Shown: piece by piece, positions 15,306 through 25,936 of the stretch
Position numbering within the stretch: the first letter of the stretch is position 1
How the letters are laid out: the number at the start of each line of letters is the position of its first letter
Assembly: GCA_964571965.1 (NCBI GenBank)
Contig: CAZNFQ010000002.1
Span: forward strand, 2,363 to 66,362
Direction: 5' to 3'
Length of the DNA stretch: 64,000 nucleotides
Source of the DNA: an uncultured bacterium
GTDB lineage: Bacteria > Fermentibacterota > Fermentibacteria > Fermentibacterales > JCC-6
Notes under the pieces: generated by a model
The model's database searches: none
What the model saw: only the letters and a program-made list of their open reading frames with translations
Told to the model about the DNA's origin: nothing
Translations under genes and position numbers: made by a program

Positions 15306-16424
15306 TCAGACTGGATCGGGCAATCTTACAGGCATGACAAGGGTGAGATAGTCAAAGGTTTCATCTTCACTGATCTCAGTAATGATCACAGCGGTAGAGC
15401 TGTCGTGCATGTTAAGACTGATATCTTCACTGGTCATGCTCCTGAGAATGTCCATTACGAGGTTACCGTTGAAGGCTATCTGAAGAGGGTTGTCAGAATA
15501 AATGGCCTCAAGGTCTTCTCTGGCTTCTCCGGCATCTGTGTTTTCCGCCTGCAGAATGATCCTGTTGTGTTCAATGGTAAACATTATCTGATGTGTCGCC
15601 GGGTTGGCTATAATGCTCATTCTCTTCAGCGCCCCGAGAAGATCTTCCCTGTTAAGTACCAGCTTAAGTTCATTGCCCGAGGGTATGACTTTCTCATAGG
15701 GGGGATAAGGTCCCTCGATAACCCTGCTGAAAATGCTGGTTTCGCCCACATGGAAACTCACCTGTGAACCCTGTGAAGACATGGACACTTTTTCGCTGGT
15801 GCTCAAGCGCTGAAGAAGGTTCAGGGCCTTGGGGGCAATAATCGCCTCGAGGTCTGATTCTGTTTTAAGTTCCTTCATTCTTATCCTGGCAAGGCGATGA
15901 CCGTCGGTGGCAACCATTTCAAGACCTTCGGGAAGAAATTTCCAGAGAGAACCTGTCAATGAAGCCCTTATCTCGCTTGCCCCTGCAACCGCATAGGAAG
16001 TTCTTCTGATGGCTTCCTTAACGTTTTCCAGGGGAAGCTCTATCATGTCTTCCTCGGCTCCTGCGGATGGTAGAGAGGGATAGCTGTCCCGGCTGCTTCC
16101 GGGAAGAGTGAATGAGCTCTTTTCGCAGCTGATGGAGGTTCTGGTACCGCTGGTGCTGATACTAACGTCGGAACCATCCAGTTCGCGCACAATTTCCAGC
16201 AGTTTTTTTCCCGGAAGGGCAACGGCTCCCTGTGATGAGATGGTCGCCGGAACCCAGGTAATAACAGTGGTGTCGAGATCTGTTGCCGCAAGTCTGAGTT
16301 TCTCACCCTCGGTCTCAAGAAGAATATTGGAAAGAGAGGGAAGACTGGTCTTTGGAGGAAGGGCCGAAGCCACAGTGTTCAGTCCCAGCAAAAGCGTTTT
16401 GTGATCCACCAGCAAATTCACCAT
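15306..16424 (-). CDS. dnaN: DNA polymerase III beta sliding clamp
   Basis: Three-domain clamp, about 370 aa. Start revised to the internal MVNLLVDHKTLL because the ORF-track start adds an unlikely 15-aa hydrophobic extension. Confidence 0.9.
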   Translation of the reverse strand: MVNLLVDHKTLLLGLNTVASALPPKTSLPSLSNILLETEGEKLRLAATDLDTTVITWVPATISSQGAVALPGKKLLEIVRELDGSDVSISTSGTRTSISCEKSSFTLPGSSRDSYPSLPSAGAEEDMIELPLENVKEAIRRTSYAVAGASEIRASLTGSLWKFLPEGLEMVATDGHRLARIRMKELKTESDLEAIIAPKALNLLQRLSTSEKVSMSSQGSQVSFHVGETSIFSRVIEGPYPPYEKVIPSGNELKLVLNREDLLGALKRMSIIANPATHQIMFTIEHNRIILQAENTDAGEAREDLEAIYSDNPLQIAFNGNLVMDILRSMTSEDISLNMHDSSTAVIITEISEDETFDYLTLVMPVRLPDPV

Positions 16425-16640
16425 AGGAAGCCCTCCACAGTTGACAGTAATAAATACAGAAAAGAACAAAATACAACTCTAGTAATTATACCTCAAAGAA
16501 TGTGGAAAAGTAACCCTTTCGCAGGGAATCAGTGCAACTTGCGCTGTTGATAATTTGTTGAAAAAACAGCAGTGAAGGTAAAGTTTTCAACAGGGGGTTT
16601 TTCAGATCGGATATCCACATTGTTATCAACAGACCGGCGG
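16425..16640. promoter_or_regulatory. candidate oriC: dnaA-dnaN intergenic region with DnaA-box-like 9-mers and an AT-rich stretch
   Basis: Four 9-mers one mismatch from TTATCCACA/TGTGGATAA (TGTGGAAAA, TGTTGATAA, ATATCCACA, TTATCAACA) plus an AT-rich run (aataaatacagaaaagaacaaaatacaactctagtaattata). Typical oriC position. Confidence 0.4.
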
Positions 16641-17996
16641 TCAGTTATCGAGGGATCTTTTAACCTCTTCCACCTGTCTTTTGAACGACGGATCCTGATC
16701 CATGAGGGTATTTACCCTTTTTATGGAGTTGACCACCGTGGAGTGGTCTCTGTCGAAATATTCCCCTATTTCCTCCAGGGGGAGATTGGTCAGATCCCTT
16801 ATGAGGAACATGGCAACCTGCCTGGGAACAAGTATTTCCCTTTTCCTTTTTTTGCCCTTGAGTGCTTCTTTGTTAACTCCGAACACGTCTGCTGTTACAG
16901 ACGTAATCGATGCCGGGTTCAGCCTTCTGGAGGCAGAGCCGAGAAATTCCTTTACCAGGGTTTTTACGTTATCGATGGTGGGCTGTATGTTCTGAATTCT
17001 CATGTTCGCAGCAAGAATGTTAACAACACCCTCGAGCTGTCTTACGTTGGAAGTGATGTTTTCGGCAATATAGTCGACGATACCAGTTTCCAATCTGATA
17101 TTTTCATCACGGAGCTTCTGGTTGAGAATTGCCTTTCTGGTCTCAAACTTGGGGGGTTTGATGTCTGCGAGCATACCCGACTGGAATCTTGAAACAAGCC
17201 TCTCTTCCAGGGGTTCTATCTCATTAGGATGCCGGTCGGAGGTGAGTACGATCTGTTTTCCCATGAGATACAGTTCATTGAATATCTGGAAAAACTGTTC
17301 CTGAGTGCTGTCCTTTCCGGCAAGGAACTGAACATCCTCCATTATGAGATAATCGCATTTTCTGAAACGGTCCTTGAATTTCTCCATCTGTCGCGCAGAA
17401 CTGTGTTCAAAACTGCTGGACGGGTCCAGTGCTCTGATGTAGTCGCTTGTAAACTGCGAGCTTGAAATGTACGCATAGGTTTCCCCCGGCTTGTTGTCAC
17501 GGACGTAGTGAGCAATTGCCTGAACAAGATGAGTTTTCCCGAGACCGACACCGCCATATATGAAGAGGGGGTTCTGTGTGGAGTGACCGAGGTTATGGGC
17601 AACCGCAACGGCACTGGCATGGGCCAGTTCATTGGTGGGACCGCTTATGAACCTGCTGAAAACGTATTCAGGATAAAGATAATTATCGTAAAGATGGTCC
17701 CTTGCGGAAAACCCCGAGGAAAACCTGCCCAGATTAAGGGTTACAGGCTTATCGGTAAAAACAAGACTGATCATTTCGTTATCCGTTATCTCGCGCATCA
17801 ATTCTTCCAGCTTGTTTTTGTAATGCTGTGAAACAAAGTTTACGCGAATGTCGGAATCGAGACCAATAGTGAAAATGTTATCCTTGAAGCCTCTGAAAGA
17901 GGCATTGGCAAGCCAGGAATTGAATTTCTCAATTCCCATGAGTTCCCTTGCCCTTTCAAGACACAGATCGAATGCTTCTTCAGGCGAAAAAACCAT
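16641..17996 (-). CDS. dnaA: chromosomal replication initiator DnaA
   Basis: 451 aa; Walker A GGVGLGKTHL, sensor motifs, C-terminal DNA-binding helix-turn-helix. Confidence 0.95.
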   Translation of the reverse strand: MVFSPEEAFDLCLERARELMGIEKFNSWLANASFRGFKDNIFTIGLDSDIRVNFVSQHYKNKLEELMREITDNEMISLVFTDKPVTLNLGRFSSGFSARDHLYDNYLYPEYVFSRFISGPTNELAHASAVAVAHNLGHSTQNPLFIYGGVGLGKTHLVQAIAHYVRDNKPGETYAYISSSQFTSDYIRALDPSSSFEHSSARQMEKFKDRFRKCDYLIMEDVQFLAGKDSTQEQFFQIFNELYLMGKQIVLTSDRHPNEIEPLEERLVSRFQSGMLADIKPPKFETRKAILNQKLRDENIRLETGIVDYIAENITSNVRQLEGVVNILAANMRIQNIQPTIDNVKTLVKEFLGSASRRLNPASITSVTADVFGVNKEALKGKKRKREILVPRQVAMFLIRDLTNLPLEEIGEYFDRDHSTVVNSIKRVNTLMDQDPSFKRQVEEVKRSLDN

Positions 17997-18082
17997 GACA
18001 CTCTCCGAACGGATGAAAAAACCCCAAAATACTCAGTCGAATAATGCTAAACAAACTCAGAGCAGCCAAGTGACAATGCAGA

Positions 18083-18115
18083 ACTTGACATGAGAGCCTG
18101 ATTTAGCTAACTTTC
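18083..18115 (+). promoter_or_regulatory. putative sigma70-type promoter for rpmH operon
   Basis: TTGACA -35 hexamer about 100 nt upstream of the rpmH ATG, with a weak -10-like TAACTT after a 17-nt spacer. Confidence 0.2.
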
Positions 18116-18185
18116 CGCTTCCGGAAGGAACAGATGAGAACGGTGCGGGAAATAATAATTCCTGCACCCAATGCAGGAGACTATA

Positions 18186-18320
18186 ATGAAAAGAACATAC
18201 CAGCCCAGCGGTATCTCGAAGAAGAGAAGGCACGGATTCAGGGCAAGGATGGCAACCAGAGGCGGAAGAAAAGTTCTGAATGCCAGAAGAAGAAAAGGGC
18301 GCAAGCGCCTGGTGCCATAG
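18186..18320 (+). CDS. rpmH: 50S ribosomal protein L34
   Basis: Translates [44 protein letters not shown] (44 aa), the L34 signature. AGGAG RBS 8 nt upstream. Below the 60-aa ORF-track cutoff. Confidence 0.9.
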   Translation: MKRTYQPSGISKKRRHGFRARMATRGGRKVLNARRRKGRKRLVP

Positions 18321-18321
18321 T

Positions 18322-18660
18322 TTGAATAGGCGTTGTCTGAAGAGGGTCAGGAAGAGCTGGCACTTCAGGAAAATACTGAAACAGGGAAGATACTTCAGGG
18401 GCAGCGTCATTAGAGCAAGATACATAAGGAATTCCCTGGGCAGGATACGCCTGGGGTTTTCTGTATCGGCAAAAACAGGGAATGCGGCGCAGAGAAATCT
18501 CTTCAAGAGAAGACTGAGGCAGTATTCGGTGGAAACAGATACTGAAGCGGGATATGATGCAGTGATATTTCCACTGGGTTCTCTGGAGTTTGCCGACTGG
18601 AAAAGAATGCTTTTGGACATGGACAGACTTACTGCGGAAGCAGCGGAACCGGGGGAATGA
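18322..18660 (+). CDS. rnpA: ribonuclease P protein component (start uncertain; the in-frame ATG at 18280 would overlap rpmH)
   Basis: Basic protein, ...[20 protein letters not shown]...[24 protein letters not shown]..., typical RnpA; follows rpmH. Confidence 0.75.
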   Translation: MNRRCLKRVRKSWHFRKILKQGRYFRGSVIRARYIRNSLGRIRLGFSVSAKTGNAAQRNLFKRRLRQYSVETDTEAGYDAVIFPLGSLEFADWKRMLLDMDRLTAEAAEPGE

Positions 18661-18889
18661 GATCGGAAGGCTTTTCGTTTTCCTCATAAGGATTTACAGA
18701 GCTGTAATATCGCCGCTGTTACCGCCGAGCTGCATCTACACTCCCACATGCAGCGAATACGCCATGCAGGCAATAACGAAACATGGAGCTTACAAGGGAA
18801 CCGTTCTTGCGGTGAAAAGAATACTCAGGTGTCATCCCTGGCACGAAGGGGGATACGACCCTGTTCCGGAGGTAGAGAATAATGAGTGA
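18590..18889 (+). CDS. yidD: membrane protein insertion efficiency factor YidD (N-terminal extent uncertain)
   Basis: Conserved [60 protein letters not shown] core; overlaps the rnpA 3' end. Confidence 0.7.
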   Translation: MPTGKECFWTWTDLLRKQRNRGNEIGRLFVFLIRIYRAVISPLLPPSCIYTPTCSEYAMQAITKHGAYKGTVLAVKRILRCHPWHEGGYDPVPEVENNE

Positions 18890-20465
18890 TCAGTCAAGAC
18901 TTTTCATCGCGGCGGTGCTGATGATGGGGGTGCTTCTCGTCAGCTGGTTCATTTCCGGAAAGAACACTCCGGACAGACCGGTTCAGGCTGAGATCGCTGC
19001 ATCGGGCACAGCGGAAGAAGTAACAGTGCCCGTGGAAGAAGAGCCCCAGGAGGAAACCCCGGAAGAAACAGCGGCAGTTGACGACTATCGGGAAAGAATC
19101 GTAACGGTGATAATTCCCGGTGAAAACCATGAGCCCATAGTAACCTGTCAGCTGTCCACTACGGGAGGGGCCGTTGTAAAATGGCGCCTGGACAAATATG
19201 AGGATTATCCCGATCAGCAAACCGGACAGGCCGTTGAGCTTTCCGAGGAACCATGGCTGATTTCCAGGGAAACAACGGGAGAACCCGTTCTGTTCACATA
19301 CCAGGGTCCGGACACGGTAATTGCAGGGGAGTATCCGTCAACAGTCATGTTCTCTTCATCATCAGGAAGGTCAAAGGAATTTACCTTCACTGCTGATTAT
19401 TATGGCTTTATAATGGGGAAAACAGGACTCGACATGAACACTTCCGTTTCCCCCGGGGCAATCCCGATAACTGAAGTTGCAGCTTCGGATAGAGGTTACT
19501 TCAAGGCATCATGGTATACAAACGACCACAATCAAAGTGATTCTGAAAAGATCGAAGGACTGCAGCCCATTGGCAACGTATCCTGGGTCGCCACCTCAAG
19601 CAAGTACTTCACCATCGTTCTTATACCGGGAACCATGACCCGTGCAGACGGATACACCGCTCCTGGAAACGGTGGTTCCGCAGAAGTTTCCATAGACGAT
19701 TCATCAGTAAAGGTTTATGCCGGACCTAAGGCATACGGGCTGCTGAGCGACCTGGGAGGATCACAAACTGATATGATCGACTTTGGGTGGCCCATAATCA
19801 GATGGATAGGCAAGCTCATCTTCCTCTTTCTTACATCAGCCCTGTCATTCGTTGGAAACTGGGGACTTAGAATAATCATACTGGCATTCGCACTGAAAAT
19901 CCTGCTTTCTCCCCTTACCACAAAGAGCTACGTATCAATGCAGAAAATGCAGAAGATACAGCCGCTCATGCAGGAGATACAGAAAAAGTATGCAAAGGAC
20001 CCCAAGCAGCAGCAGACTGAAATGCAGAAACTCTATAAGGAAAGCGGAGTGAACCCCCTGGGAGGGTGCCTTCCAATACTTCTTCAAATGCCGGTATTCT
20101 TTGCTATGTACAGGGTTCTTGCAAACATGGTCGAGCTGAGGGGCGCAGGTTTCATCCTCTGGATCAACGATCTTTCAAGACCTGAAATACTTCTGCCCTT
20201 CGGATCGAAGATCCTGGGTCTTGAAGGCATTGGTCTCATGGCCCTGCTTCTGGGTGTGATAATGTTCCTTCAGCAGAAACTCACCGGAACCAGTTCCGCA
20301 GGTGCGGCGGCACAGCAGCAGAAAATGATGATGTACATGATGCCCTTCTTCATGACCTTCCTGTTCATGAGGTTTGCGGCGGGGCTTACTCTTTACTGGC
20401 TTGTTTTCAACATTCTTACATTCATTCATCAGGAATACATTAAGAAAAGCCTTCTGTCGGAATAG
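18882..20465 (+). CDS. yidC: membrane protein insertase YidC
   Basis: 527 aa; N-terminal TM, large periplasmic domain, C-terminal five-TM 60-kDa insertase core. Confidence 0.9.
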   Translation: MSDQSRLFIAAVLMMGVLLVSWFISGKNTPDRPVQAEIAASGTAEEVTVPVEEEPQEETPEETAAVDDYRERIVTVIIPGENHEPIVTCQLSTTGGAVVKWRLDKYEDYPDQQTGQAVELSEEPWLISRETTGEPVLFTYQGPDTVIAGEYPSTVMFSSSSGRSKEFTFTADYYGFIMGKTGLDMNTSVSPGAIPITEVAASDRGYFKASWYTNDHNQSDSEKIEGLQPIGNVSWVATSSKYFTIVLIPGTMTRADGYTAPGNGGSAEVSIDDSSVKVYAGPKAYGLLSDLGGSQTDMIDFGWPIIRWIGKLIFLFLTSALSFVGNWGLRIIILAFALKILLSPLTTKSYVSMQKMQKIQPLMQEIQKKYAKDPKQQQTEMQKLYKESGVNPLGGCLPILLQMPVFFAMYRVLANMVELRGAGFILWINDLSRPEILLPFGSKILGLEGIGLMALLLGVIMFLQQKLTGTSSAGAAAQQQKMMMYMMPFFMTFLFMRFAAGLTLYWLVFNILTFIHQEYIKKSLLSE

Positions 20466-20471
20466 CCCGAA

Positions 20472-21668
20472 ATGGAAAAACAGGACGATCTTATAGCCGC
20501 ACGGGCAACACCGGAATCGGTTTCAGCAATAGCAGTGGTGAGGCTCTCCGGAAGGGGAGCCTCAGCAACTGTCGAGCAGATCATGGAACTGGAGCCGGGC
20601 AGACTTAAAGGAATGCGCAGAAAAGTGGGCAATTTCGCAGGAATTGATAGTCTGGTGGCCCTGTCATGGCCTGCGGGGAAAAGTTACACAGGAGAGGAAA
20701 TGGTTGACCTGATGTGCCACGGCACACCGGGAACGGCCGAATCCGTACTGAGAAAACTTCTGGATTCCGGGGCAAGACCTGCGGAACCGGGTGAATTTAC
20801 TAGAAGGGCCTGGTTGAATGAACGGCTTTCATCAATGGATGTTCTGGAGCTTTCAGCAAGGTTCAGGAATATTTCAGCCGGCCACACCGGCAAGCTTCAC
20901 GACAAACTGTGCGAGCTCATTACAGAGATAGAAGCCCTTATTGAGTTCGGCGAGGAACATGAAACCGCTGATGAACACAGAATGATGTTTCTTCTGGGAG
21001 AAGCGCGGTCAGCGGCAGAAGAGCTGATGCTTGCGGCGGAACGAATTGAAATTATGCCTGCAGTTTACATAATGGGACCTGTAAATTCCGGAAAATCAAC
21101 ACTTTTCAACCTTATCTGCGGAAAAACGGCAGCCGTTGTCTCTTCCACTCCGGGAACAACAAGGGACGGAGCTGAGAGAACAATAAGTATTCTGGGAAAA
21201 ACGGTGAACCTGGCAGACACAGCCGGAACAGGCGGGGACCATCTGGATGAGGAAGCTCTGGAAATAGCAAGGGCGCGTTTGCGTAAGGGGGACAGGGTCA
21301 TCTGGATGGACAGAGAGCAGAATGAACCGCCTGATGGTCTCGAAGAACAGCACACAGTTCTTAAGGCAGCCTCTCACAGAGACAGGGAAAGTGCACCCCT
21401 GAAGAAAGGCTTTATACCTCTGTCGTCGTTCAGCGGAGAAGGTGTGGATATCGTTAAGGAATTCATGACCGCACCTGAAGGCGGAAGTCCATCCTGGATT
21501 TACAGAAGGGCAGGGGATCTCATCGCCGAAGCGGAAGAGGCCTGCAGATCCTTCGATATAGCCCTGGCAGCTGAAATAGTATCGGTGATACTTGAAGAGA
21601 TCAATGCCGGTATGCAAAGAGGGGAAGCTGTGGAGAGGGCACTGGAAGTGTTCTGCGTCGGTAAATGA
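20472..21668 (+). CDS. mnmE: tRNA modification GTPase MnmE (short form, 398 aa)
   Basis: Central G-domain (GPVNSGKSTLFN, DTAG) and the C-terminal C-x-G-K motif (FCVGK); N-terminal domain shorter than usual. Confidence 0.8.
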   Translation: MEKQDDLIAARATPESVSAIAVVRLSGRGASATVEQIMELEPGRLKGMRRKVGNFAGIDSLVALSWPAGKSYTGEEMVDLMCHGTPGTAESVLRKLLDSGARPAEPGEFTRRAWLNERLSSMDVLELSARFRNISAGHTGKLHDKLCELITEIEALIEFGEEHETADEHRMMFLLGEARSAAEELMLAAERIEIMPAVYIMGPVNSGKSTLFNLICGKTAAVVSSTPGTTRDGAERTISILGKTVNLADTAGTGGDHLDEEALEIARARLRKGDRVIWMDREQNEPPDGLEEQHTVLKAASHRDRESAPLKKGFIPLSSFSGEGVDIVKEFMTAPEGGSPSWIYRRAGDLIAEAEEACRSFDIALAAEIVSVILEEINAGMQRGEAVERALEVFCVGK

Positions 21669-23476
21669 AACCAAGGATAGTAGTTATTGGCGGAGGACAT
21701 GCAGGAGTGGAGGCTGCGGTGGCGGCGGCTTCCAGGGGAGCAGAGACCGTTCTCATCACACCGGATCCCGGGAAAATTGCCCTTATGTCATGCAACCCTT
21801 CAATAGGCGGAATTGCAAAGGGAACACTTGTAAAAGAAACAGATGGCCTTGGCGGCGTCATAGCTCTATCCACGGACAGGGCCGCAATTCAGTTCAGAAT
21901 GCTGAACATGAAGAAAGGTCAGGCGGTTTGGGGTCCCCGGGTCCAGGCAGATCTCGGGATCTACTGCCTTCAGCAGAGAAGAAGACTTGAAGAGGCCGGA
22001 GTTATCATACATACCGGAGTGGTCAGCAGTCTGGTCGGGCCCAGTGAAAAGATACAGGGAGTGCTTCTACAGAGTGGAGAAACGGTCAGAGCAGACGGCT
22101 TAGTAATCGCAACCGGCACTTTTCTTCGCGGTATTCTTCACAGAGGCAGCAAAAGCTGGCCCGGGGGCAGAAGGGGAGACATATCGGCGAACCGGCTGGA
22201 AAAAGATCTCAGGGAAAGAATGTTCCACGTGAAACGATTCAAAACAGGAACATCTCCCAGAGTACTTAGAAAGTCTGTGGATACATCGGTTCTTGAGGAG
22301 CAGAGCACCCATGAAATGGGATTCAGATTCAGCATGCTCTCGGAAGAACCGGTTAAAAACAGGGAAAAATGCTGGGTTACACGAACCACCGGAGAGACCG
22401 AGGAGATAGTAAGGCAAAGCCTGAGGCATTCTCCGCTTTACTCCGGAAGAATAACCGGAAAAGGCCCGAGATACTGTCCAAGCTTCGAAGACAAGGTAAC
22501 GAAGTTCCCAGACAGAACAGGACACCCCATTCATCTGGAACCCATGGGAATAGGATCAAGAATAATGTACCTCAACGGACTCTCAACAAGCCTTCCGGAA
22601 GAGATACAGGAAAGAACGGTAAGATCCATTCGAGGTTTCGAAAATGCCGTGATAGCGGCTTATGGATACTCTGTTGAATACACCTGCTTTGAAACTGGAC
22701 AGTTTACCGAAACACTGAGGGTAAGGGGTACCGGGAATCTGTATGCCGCAGGACAGATACTGGGTACGTCCGGTTATGAAGAAGCCGCTGCAGCGGGTTT
22801 GCTGGCAGGGGCAAATGCCGCAGCAAGCGCCATGGGACTGGCAGAGCAGGTTCCCCACAGACTTAACAGCTACCTCGGAGTAATGGTGGATGATCTGGTT
22901 CACCAGGGAGCAGAGGAACCATACAGACTGTTTTCCAGCAGATCAGAGAACAGGCTCTACCTGAGACAGGACAATGCACACAGAAGAATGTATTCACTTG
23001 GCCAATCTCTGGGGACCCTAACCGCTGAAGCCCTTTCCATTCAGAAAAGGAAAGATGAAGACTACTGGAGGTTCAGGGAACTGATGCGAAAAACAAGGAT
23101 CCAGGGGAATACCGTGGAAGATTTGTGCAAAAGACCGGAGATTGATGCGGAATGGGTTTCCCGGAAGCTGCTGCCCGGCGAATCATTGGATATGGACGTG
23201 TTGCGTTCGGCCATTCTGGACATGAAATATTCAGGTTACATAAAGAGGTCCGAGAGAAAGCACCGTTCCAGGGAGAGATACGCCAGCGTTTCTCTGGATG
23301 GGATAAAGGATTTTTCACAGATCAACTCTTTGAGCATTGAAGCGGCACAGTCAATGAACGCTAAAAGACCCTCCAACATCGGGGAGGCAGAGAGAATACC
23401 CGGCGTCAGGCAGGCTGACATAGAGGCCATAGTGCTTTCCCTCATGAAGGGGGATGTTTCACGTGAAACATCATGA
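21665..23476 (+). CDS. mnmG: tRNA uridine 5-carboxymethylaminomethyl modification enzyme MnmG (GidA)
   Basis: 603 aa; FAD-binding VIGGGHAGVEAA, conserved MSCNPSIGG motif. Confidence 0.95.
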   Translation: MKPRIVVIGGGHAGVEAAVAAASRGAETVLITPDPGKIALMSCNPSIGGIAKGTLVKETDGLGGVIALSTDRAAIQFRMLNMKKGQAVWGPRVQADLGIYCLQQRRRLEEAGVIIHTGVVSSLVGPSEKIQGVLLQSGETVRADGLVIATGTFLRGILHRGSKSWPGGRRGDISANRLEKDLRERMFHVKRFKTGTSPRVLRKSVDTSVLEEQSTHEMGFRFSMLSEEPVKNREKCWVTRTTGETEEIVRQSLRHSPLYSGRITGKGPRYCPSFEDKVTKFPDRTGHPIHLEPMGIGSRIMYLNGLSTSLPEEIQERTVRSIRGFENAVIAAYGYSVEYTCFETGQFTETLRVRGTGNLYAAGQILGTSGYEEAAAAGLLAGANAAASAMGLAEQVPHRLNSYLGVMVDDLVHQGAEEPYRLFSSRSENRLYLRQDNAHRRMYSLGQSLGTLTAEALSIQKRKDEDYWRFRELMRKTRIQGNTVEDLCKRPEIDAEWVSRKLLPGESLDMDVLRSAILDMKYSGYIKRSERKHRSRERYASVSLDGIKDFSQINSLSIEAAQSMNAKRPSNIGEAERIPGVRQADIEAIVLSLMKGDVSRETS

Positions 23477-24083
23477 TCTTCCCGGCAGGGAACAGGTTAA
23501 TGAAGCATGCCGCAGCCTGGGTGTGGTGCCCCCGGACGATTTCCATGGAAAGCTGTCTATCTACCTTGACCTTCTAAGAGATTGTTCGGTCAGGATGAAT
23601 CTTGTGGGACCCCGGGAGAGAGAACGACTGTGGGGCAGACACGCTCTCGAATCCGTCTCCTATGGTGCCCATCTTCAAAATGAACACGTTGTGGACGTGG
23701 GAACCGGAGCCGGCTTTCCAGGATTCATTCTGGCGCTGCTGGGGTATTCCGTTACAATGGTGGAGCCAAGGGAAAAGCGGTGCGGTTTCCTTGAAACAGC
23801 CGCAAGAGAGTGCGGTGCAGTGGCGGAAGTTCTGTGCAGCAGGGTGGAGGAATCCGGGCCATTTCCACAGGGCACGCAGTTTACATCGAGAGCAGTAAAG
23901 AAACCCGAAGAGATGCTGTCTCTTCTAAGAGGGTCAGCGTCGGGGGATTTTACTCTTCTTATCAGAGTGTCTCAGAGGGAAATGAACCTGCAGGGGAACC
24001 ATAGATTTTTCAGATTGCCCGTTCCTCCGCTTGACCGTGAGGGATTTTTGCTGCAGTATTCGCATTCCTGTTTACAAGATTAA
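23454..24083 (+). CDS. rsmG: 16S rRNA (guanine527-N7)-methyltransferase RsmG (GidB)
   Basis: 209 aa; SAM motif VVDVGTGAGFPG; follows mnmG. Confidence 0.85.
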   Translation: MFHVKHHDLPGREQVNEACRSLGVVPPDDFHGKLSIYLDLLRDCSVRMNLVGPRERERLWGRHALESVSYGAHLQNEHVVDVGTGAGFPGFILALLGYSVTMVEPREKRCGFLETAARECGAVAEVLCSRVEESGPFPQGTQFTSRAVKKPEEMLSLLRGSASGDFTLLIRVSQREMNLQGNHRFFRLPVPPLDREGFLLQYSHSCLQD

Positions 24084-24089
24084 AGAAAG

Positions 24090-24857
24090 GTGCTCCGAAT
24101 GACCAGAATCCTTGCTGTGGCCAATCAGAAGGGCGGAGTTGGCAAAACCACCACCGTGATCAATCTCAGCGCAAGCATTGCCGTACACGATAAAGACGTG
24201 CTGATAATAGATATGGATCCCCAGGCAAACGCCACCAGTGGAATAGGCTGCAAAGAGGCAAATGAGAATGGAGTACACGATTTTCTTGCCGGAAAATCTT
24301 CCTTCGAAGACTGCGTTTGGAAAACCGAACTTGAAGGGCTGCATATAATAAGAGGATCCCGGCACCTTGCGGGAACTGAAATAGAGCTTGCCTCTGAAGA
24401 GGGCAGAGAGCATTTCCTATCACAGGCATTGAGATCTGCGGATTTAAGCAGGTACGACTATGTTCTTGTGGATTGTCCTCCTTCACTGGGACTTTTGACG
24501 GTGAATGCCCTTGTTGCGGCCCACGGAGTACTAATTACCGTTCAAAGCGAGTACTACGCCCTTGAAGGACTGTCCCACCTTATGGATACCATAAAGAGGA
24601 TACGAGGGCACTGGAACAGGGAGTTATCCGTGTTCGGGGTAATACTCACCATGTACGACAAGAGACTTAAACTGAGCCGCGAGGTGGAAGAAGAGGCTGA
24701 TTCTCATTTGGGAAAGCTTCTTTTCAAAACCAGAATTCCAAGGAATGTACGCCTCAGTGAAGCGCCAAGTTTCGGAATGCCGGTGATCCTTTACGATGCA
24801 TATTCTTCCGGCGCAAAAAGCTACATGAGCCTGGCCAGAGAGGTGATGTCAAAATGA
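24090..24857 (+). CDS. parA: chromosome partitioning ATPase ParA/Soj
   Basis: Deviant Walker A KGGVGKTTT; 255 aa. Confidence 0.9.
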   Translation: MLRMTRILAVANQKGGVGKTTTVINLSASIAVHDKDVLIIDMDPQANATSGIGCKEANENGVHDFLAGKSSFEDCVWKTELEGLHIIRGSRHLAGTEIELASEEGREHFLSQALRSADLSRYDYVLVDCPPSLGLLTVNALVAAHGVLITVQSEYYALEGLSHLMDTIKRIRGHWNRELSVFGVILTMYDKRLKLSREVEEEADSHLGKLLFKTRIPRNVRLSEAPSFGMPVILYDAYSSGAKSYMSLAREVMSK

Positions 24858-25702
24858 AGAGAAAGAAAGCCCTTGGCAGAGGCCTGGAAGCCCTGCTGCC
24901 GGAAATCGACGAACAGTCTTCTGGAACAGGCACCCCTGCAATGATCGAGGCTGTACTTATAGACCCCAACCCCTTCCAGCCGAGAATAGATTGGGACGAC
25001 ACGGAACTGGAATCCCTGGCAGAGTCCATTAGACAGCAGGGAGTGCTTCAGCCGCTTGTTCTAAGGGCAGCTGGAGAAAGATTTCAGCTCATCGCCGGAG
25101 AAAGACGGCTGAGGGCGTCGAAAATGGCGGGTCTTGATCTTGTTCCAGCTATTATCAGAGAAGCCGATGACAGACAGATGATGGCACTTGCTCTCATAGA
25201 GAATATTCAGAGGCAGGACCTCAACCCCATGGAGAAGGCAGAAGCATTCACAAGATTCTGCAGAGAGTTCGATTTGACCCAGGATGAACTTGGCAGGCAG
25301 GTGGGGCTGAGCCGTTCGGCTGTGGCGAATTTCCAGAGACTGGTGGAGCTTCCGGACCCGGTGAAGAATATGGTGCGTTCCGGTTCTCTCTCCATGGGTC
25401 ACGGAAGGGCCCTTCTGGGACTGGGCAGCAAAGATTCAATCGTTAGAATGGCAAAACTTTCAGTGGCAAGGGGTTACAGTGTAAGAGCCCTGGAGGACGC
25501 AGTAAGGAAGCAGCTTGCCGGCTCCCCGGTGAAGAAATCAAGGAAGGTTCTTCCAGAAATAACCCAGCTTGAAAACGAACTTCAAAGATATCTTGGAACA
25601 AAGGTGGTATTGAAGGATTCCGGAGGCAGGGGAAAGCTGGAGATAGATTATCAGTCGCTGGACGAGCTGGACAGGATTCTTAATATAATAAGGGGTCGGT
25701 GA
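24854..25702 (+). CDS. parB: chromosome partitioning protein ParB/Spo0J
   Basis: ParB-box GERRLRA, helix-turn-helix, C-terminal dimerisation region; overlaps parA by 4 nt. Confidence 0.9.
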   Translation: MKRKKALGRGLEALLPEIDEQSSGTGTPAMIEAVLIDPNPFQPRIDWDDTELESLAESIRQQGVLQPLVLRAAGERFQLIAGERRLRASKMAGLDLVPAIIREADDRQMMALALIENIQRQDLNPMEKAEAFTRFCREFDLTQDELGRQVGLSRSAVANFQRLVELPDPVKNMVRSGSLSMGHGRALLGLGSKDSIVRMAKLSVARGYSVRALEDAVRKQLAGSPVKKSRKVLPEITQLENELQRYLGTKVVLKDSGGRGKLEIDYQSLDELDRILNIIRGR

Positions 25703-25748
25703 AAGCCGGCATGAGAACCTGACACCACAAATCAAAACGGAGGTTATA

Positions 25749-25916
25749 ATGGCCTACAAGATCAATGATACATGCATCGGATGCGGCGCTTGTGTCGGTG
25801 AATGTCCCGTGGATGCAATTTCAGAGGGAACCCCATATGTCATCGATGCAGCCACCTGCATCGATTGCGGAGCCTGCGCAGCGGTATGCCCGGTTAGCGC
25901 CATAGAAGCTCCCTAG
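25749..25916 (+). CDS. 2x[4Fe-4S] ferredoxin (55 aa)
   Basis: MAYKINDTCIGCGACVGECPVDAISEGTPYVIDAATCIDCGACAAVCPVSAIEAP: two CxxCxxCxxxCP motifs. Below the ORF-track size cutoff. Confidence 0.8.
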   Translation: MAYKINDTCIGCGACVGECPVDAISEGTPYVIDAATCIDCGACAAVCPVSAIEAP

Positions 25917-25936
25917 TTCCCTTTTCTGTGGATTGA

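Noticed and set aside
18057-18687. 187-aa and 149-aa minus-strand ORFs across the dnaA-rpmH-rnpA region
   Set aside because: They overlap the rpmH/rnpA coding region and the dnaA promoter region on the wrong strand; no support.
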